DNA of 64,000 nt, taken from positions 2,624,001 through 2,688,000 of the forward strand of contig OZ244197.1 of NCBI GenBank assembly GCA_965216785.1, written 5' to 3'. Origin of the DNA: Thermodesulfobacteriota bacterium (GTDB taxonomy: Bacteria > Desulfobacterota_D > UBA1144 > Nemesobacterales > UBA2774). The notes beneath the pieces were generated by a model that saw nothing but the letters and a program-made list of their open reading frames with translations, made no database searches and was not told the DNA's origin. This document shows positions 41,153 through 50,678 of this stretch, in pieces (positions within the stretch are counted from its first letter, which is position 1; every line of letters begins with the position of its first letter). A program made the position numbers and the translations under genes.

Positions 41153-42658
41153 ATGCGCTATACCGGTATTACATCAGAAATACTGATAAATATTCTTTTT
41201 ATCACTGCAGTGGCAATGTTCCTCATAGGCTTAATCGCCTTTAAGGTGACGGAGAGGATTGCGCTTCAGGGCAAAATCGATAACGTAAAATCACTCACAA
41301 GCGCAATTGAGAAATCGTACTTCAAGGAAAACGACATAGAGGACGGTATCGAGTTTTTAAAAGAAGCTCTGCCTGAAGGGGCTTGGATGGTTGTTTCAAC
41401 AAACGAGGGCTCTATCATCTCCGGTACGTCCACAGCGGATAAGATCGCTGCTAAGAGCGACCCCCTAATTGCCCGGGCATTAACCTCAGGAGAAATAGCC
41501 GTCGATATCGAGGGTTCGAATATCCCGCCCATAACAAGCTACAAGGGGTTTAAAACCGCAATACCTATAGAGCTTGCAGAGGGAAATAAAGGAGCAATAC
41601 TCATCTCCCAGCCCCTGAGCGCGCTTGAGGACAATATCATTCTGAACCAGCGTCTCATAGCGCTTTGGATAATCCTCTTTCTCATCGTGATAGCGTTTTT
41701 CGGTTTCTACATACTGTCCAGAAGGGTCATCAAGCCCGTTCGCGAGCTCATTAACATCACGGAGAAGATAGCGGCGGGCAAGTTCCCCGATTCTAAAAAC
41801 ATAGGGAAAGTAAAAGAAATCAACCAGCTATACTCGGCCTTAAGGGTAATGTATGAGGAAATAGAGGAAGGAAAGAAAAAGCTAAGAGATAAGATATATG
41901 AATTGGAGCAAAAAAATACGGAGCTGGAACAGACCCAGGGGGAGCTGATCGCCTCTGAAAAGCTTGCCTCACTCGGCAGGCTCTCTGCGGGAGTGGCTCA
42001 TGAGATAGGAAACCCCCTAAGCGCCATCAGCGGTTATGTAGATGTGCTCAAGCGTAGCCCGCGCTTAGACCCCGAGACAACATCTCAGTATCTGGGCGAC
42101 ATACAAAGGGAAATCGAGAGGCTGGATAATATCATAATAACCCTCCTTGAGTACTCGAGGCCCAAAAAGTTTGAGCCGCAGATACTAGACATTAACTCCG
42201 TAATAAAAGACAGCATCGACATTATAGATCGCCAGGGAATATTAAAAAATATCTACATTAAGCAGAACTTAACCGAGGAGCCGGCACTTATTGAGGCGGA
42301 CCCTCACCAGCTCGCTCAGGTAATAATAAACCTTATTCTCAACGCTAAGGACGCAACTGAAGATAACGGTGAAATTATCGTCACCTCCGGCGCGGGCCCG
42401 GGTGAAAGCGTATTTATAAGCGTAAGAGACAACGGAGCCGGCATACCCAGCGTTTTGCTAGACCGAATCTTTGACCCGTTTTTCACAACCAAAGAACCGG
42501 GTAAGGGAACCGGGCTCGGGCTTTCGGTTTCCCAAAGAATTGTAGAGGCTTTCGGCGGCACCATGACGGTAAGAAGCGAAGAGGGTAAAGGAGCCCTTTT
42601 CACACTCATGTTCCAAAGGGTAAGAGATTATGACAAAGCAGAAAATTTTAGTAGTTGA
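41153..42658 (+). CDS. membrane sensor histidine kinase (HAMP, NtrB-like)
   Basis: EKLASLGRLSAGVAHEIGNPL, NLILNA, DNGAGI, DPFFTTK..GKGTGLGL. Confidence 0.93.
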   Translation: MRYTGITSEILINILFITAVAMFLIGLIAFKVTERIALQGKIDNVKSLTSAIEKSYFKENDIEDGIEFLKEALPEGAWMVVSTNEGSIISGTSTADKIAAKSDPLIARALTSGEIAVDIEGSNIPPITSYKGFKTAIPIELAEGNKGAILISQPLSALEDNIILNQRLIALWIILFLIVIAFFGFYILSRRVIKPVRELINITEKIAAGKFPDSKNIGKVKEINQLYSALRVMYEEIEEGKKKLRDKIYELEQKNTELEQTQGELIASEKLASLGRLSAGVAHEIGNPLSAISGYVDVLKRSPRLDPETTSQYLGDIQREIERLDNIIITLLEYSRPKKFEPQILDINSVIKDSIDIIDRQGILKNIYIKQNLTEEPALIEADPHQLAQVIINLILNAKDATEDNGEIIVTSGAGPGESVFISVRDNGAGIPSVLLDRIFDPFFTTKEPGKGTGLGLSVSQRIVEAFGGTMTVRSEEGKGALFTLMFQRVRDYDKAENFSS

Positions 42659-43991
42659 CGACGAGAAAGGGATCAGAGAATCCCTCACAATAATACTCGA
42701 GATTGAAGGGTACGATGTGCTCTCCGCCCCGAATGCGGACAAAGCGCTTGAGCTTGTAACGGAGGGCTCAAAGTTTGACTTTATTATCTGCGACATAAGG
42801 CTTCCGGGCAAAAACGGTATAGACTTCCTTAAGGACATACGGGAAAGGGGCGTCTCCTCAGTAGTTATTATGATTTCCGCATACGGCACTATCGAGACTT
42901 CGATCGAGGCCATTAAGACCGGAGCCGACGATTACATCAACAAACCTATCAACTCTGAAGAGCTCATACTAAGGATGCGTATGGCAAAGGAGAGAAAAGA
43001 GCTTCAAATAGAGAATAAGAACCTAAAAAAAGAGCTTGGCTTCATGGGAGAGTTGAAGCAAATAGTGTATTCGAGCGAGGTTATGAAAGGGGTGCTCGAG
43101 CTTTCAATGAAAGCCTCTCAGTTTAAAACGACAGTGCTGGTAACAGGCGAGAGCGGAACTGGAAAAGAGCTCATAGCTAGAACGATCCATAACGGCAGCA
43201 ATCGTAAGGACTGCCCGTTTGTAGCTGTAAACTGTGCCGCAATACCCGAGACATTAATGGAAAGCGAGCTATTCGGGTATGAAAAGGGAGCTTTCAGCGG
43301 AGCGAGCGCCGCGAAAACAGGCCTGATAGAAGAAGCTGATGGAGGAACGCTGTTTTTAGATGAGATCGGAGAAATCCCGCTATCCCTTCAGCCAAAACTT
43401 CTCAGGGTGCTTCAGGAGGAGGAATTAAGACGGCTCGGAGATACAAAAACCAGGAAAATAGACCTGAGAGTGATTGCGGCCACATCACTCGACATACAGG
43501 AGGCCGCAAAACAAGGCAGCTTCAGAGAAGACCTATTCTACAGGCTAAACGTATTCCCCATTCACATACCTCCGCTCAGGGAGCGTAAAGATGAAATCCC
43601 GCTCCTGGTAAGCCACTTCATAACAAAATACAATCAAAAACTCAACCGAAGCGTGAAAGACGTTACACCGGAAGTCATGAGCGCTATGATGCACTATGAG
43701 TGGTTCGGAAACATAAGAGAGCTTGAGAATGTGATTGAGAGGGCAATGATTCTGTCAGATACCGATCATATTATTAAAATAGAGCTTATGAACGGCGAGA
43801 GAAAGGACAATTACAGAATAGATACATGGCTCAACTCTCTTAGCTTCGAGGAAGCAAAGCAGACGATTGAGCGCAAGTACATCGAGAGGGCTCTCTCTGA
43901 AACCGGGGGTAACCGCACTAAAGCTGCCAAAATACTCGGAATCAGTAGACGCTCCCTCATCTATAAGCTTAAAGAATATCAGGAGCATTGA
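42630..43991 (+). CDS. sigma54-dependent response regulator (NtrC/PilR/AtoC family)
   Basis: ILVVDDE, GESGTGKE, ESELFG..KGAFSGA, FREDLFYRLNV, Fis-type HTH. Confidence 0.94.
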   Translation: MTKQKILVVDDEKGIRESLTIILEIEGYDVLSAPNADKALELVTEGSKFDFIICDIRLPGKNGIDFLKDIRERGVSSVVIMISAYGTIETSIEAIKTGADDYINKPINSEELILRMRMAKERKELQIENKNLKKELGFMGELKQIVYSSEVMKGVLELSMKASQFKTTVLVTGESGTGKELIARTIHNGSNRKDCPFVAVNCAAIPETLMESELFGYEKGAFSGASAAKTGLIEEADGGTLFLDEIGEIPLSLQPKLLRVLQEEELRRLGDTKTRKIDLRVIAATSLDIQEAAKQGSFREDLFYRLNVFPIHIPPLRERKDEIPLLVSHFITKYNQKLNRSVKDVTPEVMSAMMHYEWFGNIRELENVIERAMILSDTDHIIKIELMNGERKDNYRIDTWLNSLSFEEAKQTIERKYIERALSETGGNRTKAAKILGISRRSLIYKLKEYQEH

Positions 43992-44155
43992 TCTCTGGTA
44001 ACAATCCCCGTAGTGGTTACAGCGGAAGTGTTCTTATCAATTTTATTCACCTTTTCCCTTCGTGCACATTCGTGTTAATCCGTGGTTAAATAGCTCTGTT
44101 GCCCTTTAGTACTAGATACTATCCCAACCCCGGTTCTCATGGTTTAATTACTGTC

Positions 44156-45577
44156 ATGCGAAAACGTGTCGTAATCGTGGGCGGAGGCCTGGCCGGACTT
44201 TGCGCAGCCCACAGGATCGTCGAGCTCCGGAGAGAGAAAAACCTCGACCTGGAAATCTTATTGCTTGAAGCGGGCCAAAGAGCAGGCGGCGTAATACATA
44301 CGATAGAAAAAGAGGAGTGTTTGATTGAGCTTGGCCCCGATTCATTTATTACGACAAAGCCCTGGGCTCTTGAGCTGTCTAAAAGACTTGGGCTAACCAC
44401 TGAGCTTATCGGGACCGAGGAAGGTAAGAGACGCTCGTTTGTCTTAAGAAACAGAAAGCTAGTACCGCTCCCGGAAGGTTTTCATATGCTTGCCCCGGGC
44501 AGCGTCATATCGTTCCTAAAAACACCGTTATTCTCATGGAGCGGCAAAGTAAGAATGCTCATGGACCTCATAATCCCCAAAAAGCGTGTAGAAGACGAGA
44601 GTCTCGCGTCGTTTGTAAGGAGAAGGCTTGGCGATGAGGCATTTGAGCGCGCGGCTCAGCCCATGGTAGGCGGCGTTTACACGGCAGACCCAGAGACCCT
44701 CAGCTTGCGTGCCACCATGCCCCAGTTTATCGAGATGGAAGAGAGGTATGGAAGCGTAATAAAGGGTATTTTCAGCGCCCAGCGGAAAAACGCTAAAGAG
44801 AAAAGAGACAGCGGCGCCCGCTACAGTATGTTTCTAAGCTTCAAGAACGGACTCAGGACTCTTATAGAAGCGATTATAGAAAAACTTCCCGAACACTCTT
44901 TAAAACTAAACCGAAGAGTAGAGCGGATCGAGCGCGCCGAAAAGGGTTTTCAGGTCATCACAACTGAGGGCGCAGAAAAAGCGGACGGAGTTATAGTAAC
45001 AACCCCGACTTACATAGCGCAAGAGCTCCTGGAAGGTTTGGATCCGGCTCTGGCAAAAGAGCTCGGGGAAATTGAATACGCCTCCTCTGCAATTCTGGTA
45101 TCGGTATACAAAAGAGAAGATATAGCCGATAAAATGGACGGATTCGGGTTCGTCGTACCATCTACTGAAAACAGCCCCCTACTTGCCTGCTCATACTCAA
45201 GTGTGAAATTCTCCGGGCGTGCTCCCGAAGGGCAAATAATTTTACGCTCATTCGTGGGCGGAGCGCTCGACCCTGACATTTTAGAGCTTTCGGAGCAGGA
45301 AATAACTAAAACTATTAACAATGAATTACATTCTATACTTGGTATTTCGGCAGAGCCCCTATTCTCGATACTGCAAAGATACCCACGTGCCATGCCTCAA
45401 TATAAAATTGGCCACCTGGATACTGTTCAGAGAATTGAAAAGCGGGTAAAAGAGCTTCCCGGCTTAGAGATCGCGGGAATCGCTTACAGGGGAGTTGGAA
45501 TACCTGACTGCGTACATTCCGGTGAAAAGGCTGCGGAATCGCTTATAGGTACTTTATACAATAATAACAGCAAGTAA
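44156..45577 (+). CDS. hemY: protoporphyrinogen/coproporphyrinogen oxidase (HemY/HemG type)
   Basis: VGGGLAGL, ELGPDSF, DESLASFVRRRLG, GFGFVVP, AMPQY..GH, GVGIPDCV. Confidence 0.92.
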   Translation: MRKRVVIVGGGLAGLCAAHRIVELRREKNLDLEILLLEAGQRAGGVIHTIEKEECLIELGPDSFITTKPWALELSKRLGLTTELIGTEEGKRRSFVLRNRKLVPLPEGFHMLAPGSVISFLKTPLFSWSGKVRMLMDLIIPKKRVEDESLASFVRRRLGDEAFERAAQPMVGGVYTADPETLSLRATMPQFIEMEERYGSVIKGIFSAQRKNAKEKRDSGARYSMFLSFKNGLRTLIEAIIEKLPEHSLKLNRRVERIERAEKGFQVITTEGAEKADGVIVTTPTYIAQELLEGLDPALAKELGEIEYASSAILVSVYKREDIADKMDGFGFVVPSTENSPLLACSYSSVKFSGRAPEGQIILRSFVGGALDPDILELSEQEITKTINNELHSILGISAEPLFSILQRYPRAMPQYKIGHLDTVQRIEKRVKELPGLEIAGIAYRGVGIPDCVHSGEKAAESLIGTLYNNNSK

Positions 45578-45584
45578 CATAGCA

Positions 45585-46166
45585 CTACTCATGTTGTGCT
45601 TCAAGTCTTTTCCTTCTCGTAATCCAGCCGTAGATCTTCCTTATCGAGAAGAATATTAGCACTATGACAGCAACCGCGGCGACTGCGGGCATAGCAATCG
45701 CAAGTATCGACATAACTATGGAGCTTCCCGCTTCAGCGGTTGATACAACCGGGTTTCCAATCCCTCCGGTTGTTACGGTAGAAGCAACCCTTGTTATGCT
45801 CGTAAATCCCTGAACCGTGCCGGCAACGCCTCCCCCAACTATCACGGCAAGCGCCCATTTCAAAAGCGGAGTCATTTCTGTAACAGCCGAGGCCATCACT
45901 ATGGTTCCAGCAACCGTAGCCGCGGGAACCGCTATAGTATCAAGCAGGTTATCGAGCCATGGGATGTAGTAGGCGGCGACCTCACATATCGTAGCTATGG
46001 CAAAAGCGGCTAAGGCGGGATAAGTGGCTATCCACTCAAATTCAGGCGAGAGTGTAAGGGAGCCCGAGAGCGATGCAATACTCATTATTAGGAGCGGAAC
46101 GAATATTCTGAACCCGCACGCTGCTGCAAGCCCTACCCCGAGAAATACTCCAAGCATAGTCTCCAT
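45585..46166 (-). CDS. DUF4126 family membrane protein
   Basis: GVGLAAACGFR.FVPLL, AYYIPWLDNLLD, GNPVVST.E. Confidence 0.85.
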   Translation of the reverse strand: METMLGVFLGVGLAAACGFRIFVPLLIMSIASLSGSLTLSPEFEWIATYPALAAFAIATICEVAAYYIPWLDNLLDTIAVPAATVAGTIVMASAVTEMTPLLKWALAVIVGGGVAGTVQGFTSITRVASTVTTGGIGNPVVSTAEAGSSIVMSILAIAMPAVAAVAVIVLIFFSIRKIYGWITRRKRLEAQHE

Positions 46167-46302
46167 ACACTTTACCTCCGTATGATTCAGGACATATAAA
46201 ACTCCCCGTTATTTCAATAAATAGTATATGAAGGGGCATTCTCAATATCAAGCTCTAATTCGGAAGGCATGCCGATGATACAGAACTAGACGGGACGGGT
46301 GT

Positions 46303-46731
46303 CTATTTCCCCTTCTTCTCTACACTCTCAACTTTTATATTATAATAGAGCTCTTTACCGGCGAGCGGGTGGTTATAATTAATCGTTACATTCTCCTGGG
46401 TCACTTCCATAACATAACAGTTACCGTGAGGAGTCTGTAGAATTTGCCCTTTTTCAGGTGTGAGTTCCACTCCATCGAATACCTGAGCCTCAATTACTTG
46501 TATCAGCTCTGGGTTCTCATGACCGTAACCCTCTTCAGGCGGAATCTTAAACTTCTTCTCGTCCCCCTCTTTCATACCCATAAGCTCTTTCTCTAGACCG
46601 CTCACTAATTCACCTTCACCAATTACACCCGTAAACGGGTCCTGCTCAAAAGTGTGAAAGGTTGAGCCGTCCTCAAGCCTTCCCTCAAAATTCAGTGTAA
46701 CCTTATCGCCAGTCTCAATAGCGTCACTCAT
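46303..46731 (-). CDS. FKBP-type peptidyl-prolyl isomerase, SlyD-like (no His-rich tail)
   Basis: GRLEDG, GLEKELMGM..G, IPPEEGYG, NHPLAGK.L. Confidence 0.9.
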   Translation of the reverse strand: MSDAIETGDKVTLNFEGRLEDGSTFHTFEQDPFTGVIGEGELVSGLEKELMGMKEGDEKKFKIPPEEGYGHENPELIQVIEAQVFDGVELTPEKGQILQTPHGNCYVMEVTQENVTINYNHPLAGKELYYNIKVESVEKKGK

Positions 46732-46883
46732 CTGGAGACCTCCTGTTGTATTCAAAACGCTTCGTATGATAACATTAAGCTTGTAAAATTTCGAGCCATT
46801 AATGAAAATATAGAAAATATATATCTATTCAAACCTGGTATAATTAATTCTCTGAATAAATACTCAATAGGGAGGATTTAGCT

Positions 46884-47645
46884 ATGAAGCTTGAAAACAA
46901 AGTAGCGCTAATCACGGGAGGAAGCCTCGGGCTCGGTAAGGCCACGGCTTTCTTATTCGCCCAGGAAGGAGCCAAAGTCATTATTACCGGAAGGACAGAA
47001 AGTAAACTCCAGGAAACAGTTGAGGAAGCAAAACAGCAAGGGCTAGAGATTGATTATTTGGTCGGAGACGTATCAGATGAGCAGAGGACTATAGAAACCG
47101 TTAAGCACATTATAGATAAGTACGGTAAAATCGACATTCTATTTAATAACGCGGGCGTGCTTTATCTCGGCACTACTCACGAGACCGATACCGAGATATG
47201 GGATAAAACATTCGCGATTAACGTAAGAGGCACTTACTTAATGTCTAAGCATGTGATCCCTCATATGCTGGAAAAAGGTTACGGCGTAATCATAAACAAC
47301 TCCTCGATTCTCGGACTTAAGGCAGTGCCTGGCGTAGCTGCATACAACGCCACAAAGGGCGCCGTAACACAGCTTACTCGAAGCACTGCGCTTGAGTACG
47401 CGGACAAGGGTATCCGTGTAAACGCCATCTGCCCGGGAACAATCGTAACGCCCATGGTCGACGGCTTGCTGGACGCTATGCCGGATAGAGACGGGGCAGA
47501 AGAGCTCTTCAAGTCATTCCACCCAATTGGACGATTTGGAACCCCTGACGAAATCGCGCATGCGGTACTTTTCCTCTGCGATGACAACGTGGCGTTTATG
47601 ACAGGAACCATGCTATCGGTAGACGGCGGCTGGGTTGCCAGATAG
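46884..47645 (+). CDS. SDR family oxidoreductase
   Basis: ITGGSLGLG, NNAG, YNATKGA, IRVNAICPG, VDGG. Confidence 0.95.
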   Translation: MKLENKVALITGGSLGLGKATAFLFAQEGAKVIITGRTESKLQETVEEAKQQGLEIDYLVGDVSDEQRTIETVKHIIDKYGKIDILFNNAGVLYLGTTHETDTEIWDKTFAINVRGTYLMSKHVIPHMLEKGYGVIINNSSILGLKAVPGVAAYNATKGAVTQLTRSTALEYADKGIRVNAICPGTIVTPMVDGLLDAMPDRDGAEELFKSFHPIGRFGTPDEIAHAVLFLCDDNVAFMTGTMLSVDGGWVAR

Positions 47646-47792
47646 CTTGATAAAAGATTTGCGTCCTTGATTAAGTGCCCGCTTAAGCTTCATCACGGAA
47701 ACAATTTTCACCCGCGACTGGACAATTGTATCCGTTTGTAGGTATATATATTGAGAATCAGAAAACATGGATTTTTAGAGGAGAATGGAAAA

Positions 47793-48116
47793 ATGAGATT
47801 TATTACAACACTGACTCTTGCTTTAGTAATGTCGCTTAGCCTGCTCACTGTAAGCAGCCACGCAAAGAACTACTTTCCGCTAACGCCCTCTCAAAAGCAC
47901 TTCACCGCCATCATAGTACAGCTAAAGACCTTCAGGTCTGTTGAGTGGGAATCCCCCGTGTCTATGTGGGTGCGAATACCCTCAAGCCAAAGGAGCCGCG
48001 CCCAGGAGCTCGCCAACACGATTGAGGACAGAGCAAGAGACGCCCTCAAACAGCCCTTCTGTGTTCACATCTACGTTAAGAAAGGCGAAACCGCAGCCCG
48101 CTCCTGCGTTTATTAA
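47793..48116 (+). CDS. hypothetical secreted protein
   Basis: Signal peptide ending SHA; Cys pair near C-terminus; GAGGAG upstream. Confidence 0.65.
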   Translation: MRFITTLTLALVMSLSLLTVSSHAKNYFPLTPSQKHFTAIIVQLKTFRSVEWESPVSMWVRIPSSQRSRAQELANTIEDRARDALKQPFCVHIYVKKGETAARSCVY

Positions 48117-48144
48117 GATTTCCACAAAGATACCGCTGAAGAGT

Positions 48145-48172
48145 TGTCAATCTGAGCAGAGCGAAGAATCTC
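48145..48172. repeat. degenerate REP-like element
   Basis: TGTCAATCTGAGCAGAGCGAAGAATCTC resembles GTCATCCTGAGCGAAGCGAAGGATCTC-type repeats. Confidence 0.45.
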
Positions 48173-48266
48173 AGCCCGGATAGCAATACTCATTGAAATC
48201 CCGGCGGATTATATTATCCTAATCTACCTATAAAATTTTGATGCCATCTTTTGCAAGCGAAAATAA

Positions 48267-48341
48267 GCCGACGTAGCTCAGCGGTAGAGCAGCTCACTCG
48301 TAATGAGCAGGTCATCGGTTCAATTCCGATCGTCGGCTCCA
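48267..48341 (+). tRNA. tRNA-Thr(CGT), encoded CCA; integration target
   Basis: GCCGACGTAGCTCAGCGGTAGAGCA-GCTCA-CTCGTAA-TGAGC-AGGTCATCGGTTCAATTCCGATCGTCGGCTCCA. Confidence 0.97.
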
Positions 48342-48460
48342 ATGTTTACTGATAGTTACATCACTATTAGGTACTGGATAATTACCAGTGTCTTCTCCCT
48401 GTCTAACCACTACACTTTAATTTATGTCTACTGTGAATCTTACGCAGGAGGCAAAGACTA

Positions 48461-49501
48461 ATGGCTTCATTAGTATTCAAACATAATAGTTACTATGCTG
48501 TATTCAGTGTTAATAAGAGGAAGAAGTGGATAAGAATCGGTAAGGTTAGTAAACCAGAAGCGAAGAAAATTCTTAAACAACTGGAAGCTGAACATCTAAA
48601 AGGGAAATTGGGATTAGTAGAAAATAAGCAAATCCTACTGGATGATTTTCTAAATGAATATCTAGCCCACTCTAAAACGAATAAAGCCCCAAATACTTAT
48701 AGGCTGGAAAAAGGAATAGCTAAAACTATTAGATCACATTTCGGTAATATTCTTTTAACAACAATTGATAACCGCGGGCTAGATACTTATAAAGCAAGCA
48801 GAGTAAATAAAGGGTTAAAACCTTCAAGCATTAATAGAGAAATAATGGCTATTAAATATATGCTAAGGAAAGCTTATGATTGGAAGTATATTGAGCATAT
48901 ACCTAATATTAAGTTATTAAAGATTCCCAATAGACCTGTTCAATTTTTATCAGTGGATGAAATTGACAGTCTAATTAACCATTCGAGCATATGGTTAAAG
49001 CCAATAATAATGGTATTGCGTAATACTGGTATGAGGATAGGCGAGCTACTCAACTTACGCTTTAATGATATAGATTTAGCTAGAGGATATATAACTGTTA
49101 GAAGCCCGAAAACTAATAATTATAGAATAGTTCCTATTAACAATGAGCTTAGCACCCTACTCCATTGGCTTACTAATAATTATATAGCCCCGAAGGGTTT
49201 AACTGTTAAGCCTCGATCCAACTTACATAAGGAATATTTGTTTTGTCATTCAGATGGAACTAGAATTAAGAGCATTAAGACTAGTTTTAATAAAGCATGT
49301 AAAAGAGCAGGTATTAAAGCCACTGTACATATGCTTAGACACAGCTTCGCTTCATATTTAGTAATGAATGGGGTGGATTTAGTATCGGTTAAAGAGTTAT
49401 TAGGCCATACAAGTATTAATACAACAATGATTTATTCACATATATCTAATGAGCATAAGAATAATTCAGTTTCTAGGTTGCCATGGTTGAACAACTATTA
49501 A
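48461..49501 (+). CDS. tyrosine integrase with N-terminal arm-binding-like domain
   Basis: Catalytic set apparently intact: TGMRIGE, PKT, HMLRHSFAS, LLGH, TMIYSH; AGGAGG RBS. Confidence 0.95.
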   Translation: MASLVFKHNSYYAVFSVNKRKKWIRIGKVSKPEAKKILKQLEAEHLKGKLGLVENKQILLDDFLNEYLAHSKTNKAPNTYRLEKGIAKTIRSHFGNILLTTIDNRGLDTYKASRVNKGLKPSSINREIMAIKYMLRKAYDWKYIEHIPNIKLLKIPNRPVQFLSVDEIDSLINHSSIWLKPIIMVLRNTGMRIGELLNLRFNDIDLARGYITVRSPKTNNYRIVPINNELSTLLHWLTNNYIAPKGLTVKPRSNLHKEYLFCHSDGTRIKSIKTSFNKACKRAGIKATVHMLRHSFASYLVMNGVDLVSVKELLGHTSINTTMIYSHISNEHKNNSVSRLPWLNNY

Positions 49502-49514
49502 TTCATTTAGATTG

Positions 49515-50222
49515 TTAGTGGCATAGATCCTTTATTGCATCATAGGCTAGGAATAAGCCTAATTCCCCAGCTTTAGATAGGTCTAAGCACCCGGAGTCTA
49601 TTTGACCAATAGCTAATTTAGACATGCCTCTTCCCATATATCCTTTAGCATCCTTAGAATTTAACTGTATAACTTTGTTGAAGTCTACAATACTACCTCT
49701 ATAGTCTCTTAATTCAGATTTGGCAAGCCCCCTTATCAAATAAGTGTAAGAATCATTAGGCTCCAATTCAATACATTTACCAAAATCCTTCATAGCTTCA
49801 TCATAAAAACCCAATTTAATTTTTACACTACCCCTATTTGTATATGCATGACAATTATTAGGGTTAATTTCAAGAGCTTTATCATAATCTAGCATAGCCC
49901 CACTATAGTCACCTAATCTAGACATTGCACCACCTCTAGAGGCGTATGCACTAGAATCGTTTGGGTTTAACTCTATTACTTTACTGTAGTCTGCTATTGC
50001 ACCACGATAGTCACCCAGCTGATATTTAGAACTACCCCTACCGCTGTATGCATCAGTATCGTTAGGTTTAAGCTGTATAACATTACTGTAATCTATTATT
50101 GCACCTTTGAAGTCTTTATTACCAAATTTAATAAAGGCATTGAATCTGTAGTCTTCAACGTTTTGAGCTATGGCGAAATTAGTGAACAAGGTTAAAATAC
50201 ATATAATTACAGCTACTTTCAT
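49515..50222 (-). CDS. secreted TPR-repeat protein
   Basis: Signal peptide; 34-aa repeats AY..RG.....LGDY.GA..DY.K.IEL.P; cap GCLDLSKAGELG. Confidence 0.9.
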   Translation of the reverse strand: MKVAVIICILTLFTNFAIAQNVEDYRFNAFIKFGNKDFKGAIIDYSNVIQLKPNDTDAYSGRGSSKYQLGDYRGAIADYSKVIELNPNDSSAYASRGGAMSRLGDYSGAMLDYDKALEINPNNCHAYTNRGSVKIKLGFYDEAMKDFGKCIELEPNDSYTYLIRGLAKSELRDYRGSIVDFNKVIQLNSKDAKGYMGRGMSKLAIGQIDSGCLDLSKAGELGLFLAYDAIKDLCH

Positions 50223-50289
50223 AATTGCTTTATAATAACACATAGATCATGGTAATATAAAGTTGTCATTGACTAAAAGGATAGTATTT

Positions 50290-50607
50290 ATGAAATCATC
50301 TAAATCTATTGCTTTACTAGCCATGTTTGGCTTTTTATTAATATGCATAGGTTGTGCATCACACGAAACAGAAAATATGTTGAACGCTGGATTAGGAAAT
50401 ATGACATATGAGAATTCTTTGCAAATGTTTGGAGCTCCGTATATGTGTGCCGAGGAAGGTAGAACCAAAACATGTACTTGGATATATGGAAGTAGCAAAT
50501 TTGGTTGTGTCGGTAAAGTTTGTGGCACCGTCGACCCACCGACAGCTTATCTAACTTTTGTAAATGGCGTATTAAGTAATTGGCGATTGACCGGTAAATG
50601 GAAGTAA
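50290..50607 (+). CDS. small Cys-rich lipoprotein
   Basis: CIGC lipobox; FGAP...TWIY...LTFVNGVLSNW resembles a BamE/SmpA-like fold. Confidence 0.75.
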   Translation: MKSSKSIALLAMFGFLLICIGCASHETENMLNAGLGNMTYENSLQMFGAPYMCAEEGRTKTCTWIYGSSKFGCVGKVCGTVDPPTAYLTFVNGVLSNWRLTGKWK

Positions 50608-50678
50608 AATTATCATACAACCTGTTGATAATCAGATTAATAATATTCGTATTGCTACCTAATAATTTCAGCTAATGG

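Noticed and set aside
48461-49501. Classical integron (IntI/attC)
   Set aside because: No IntI-specific insertion recognised and no attC hairpins; the boundaries are tRNA-derived direct repeats.
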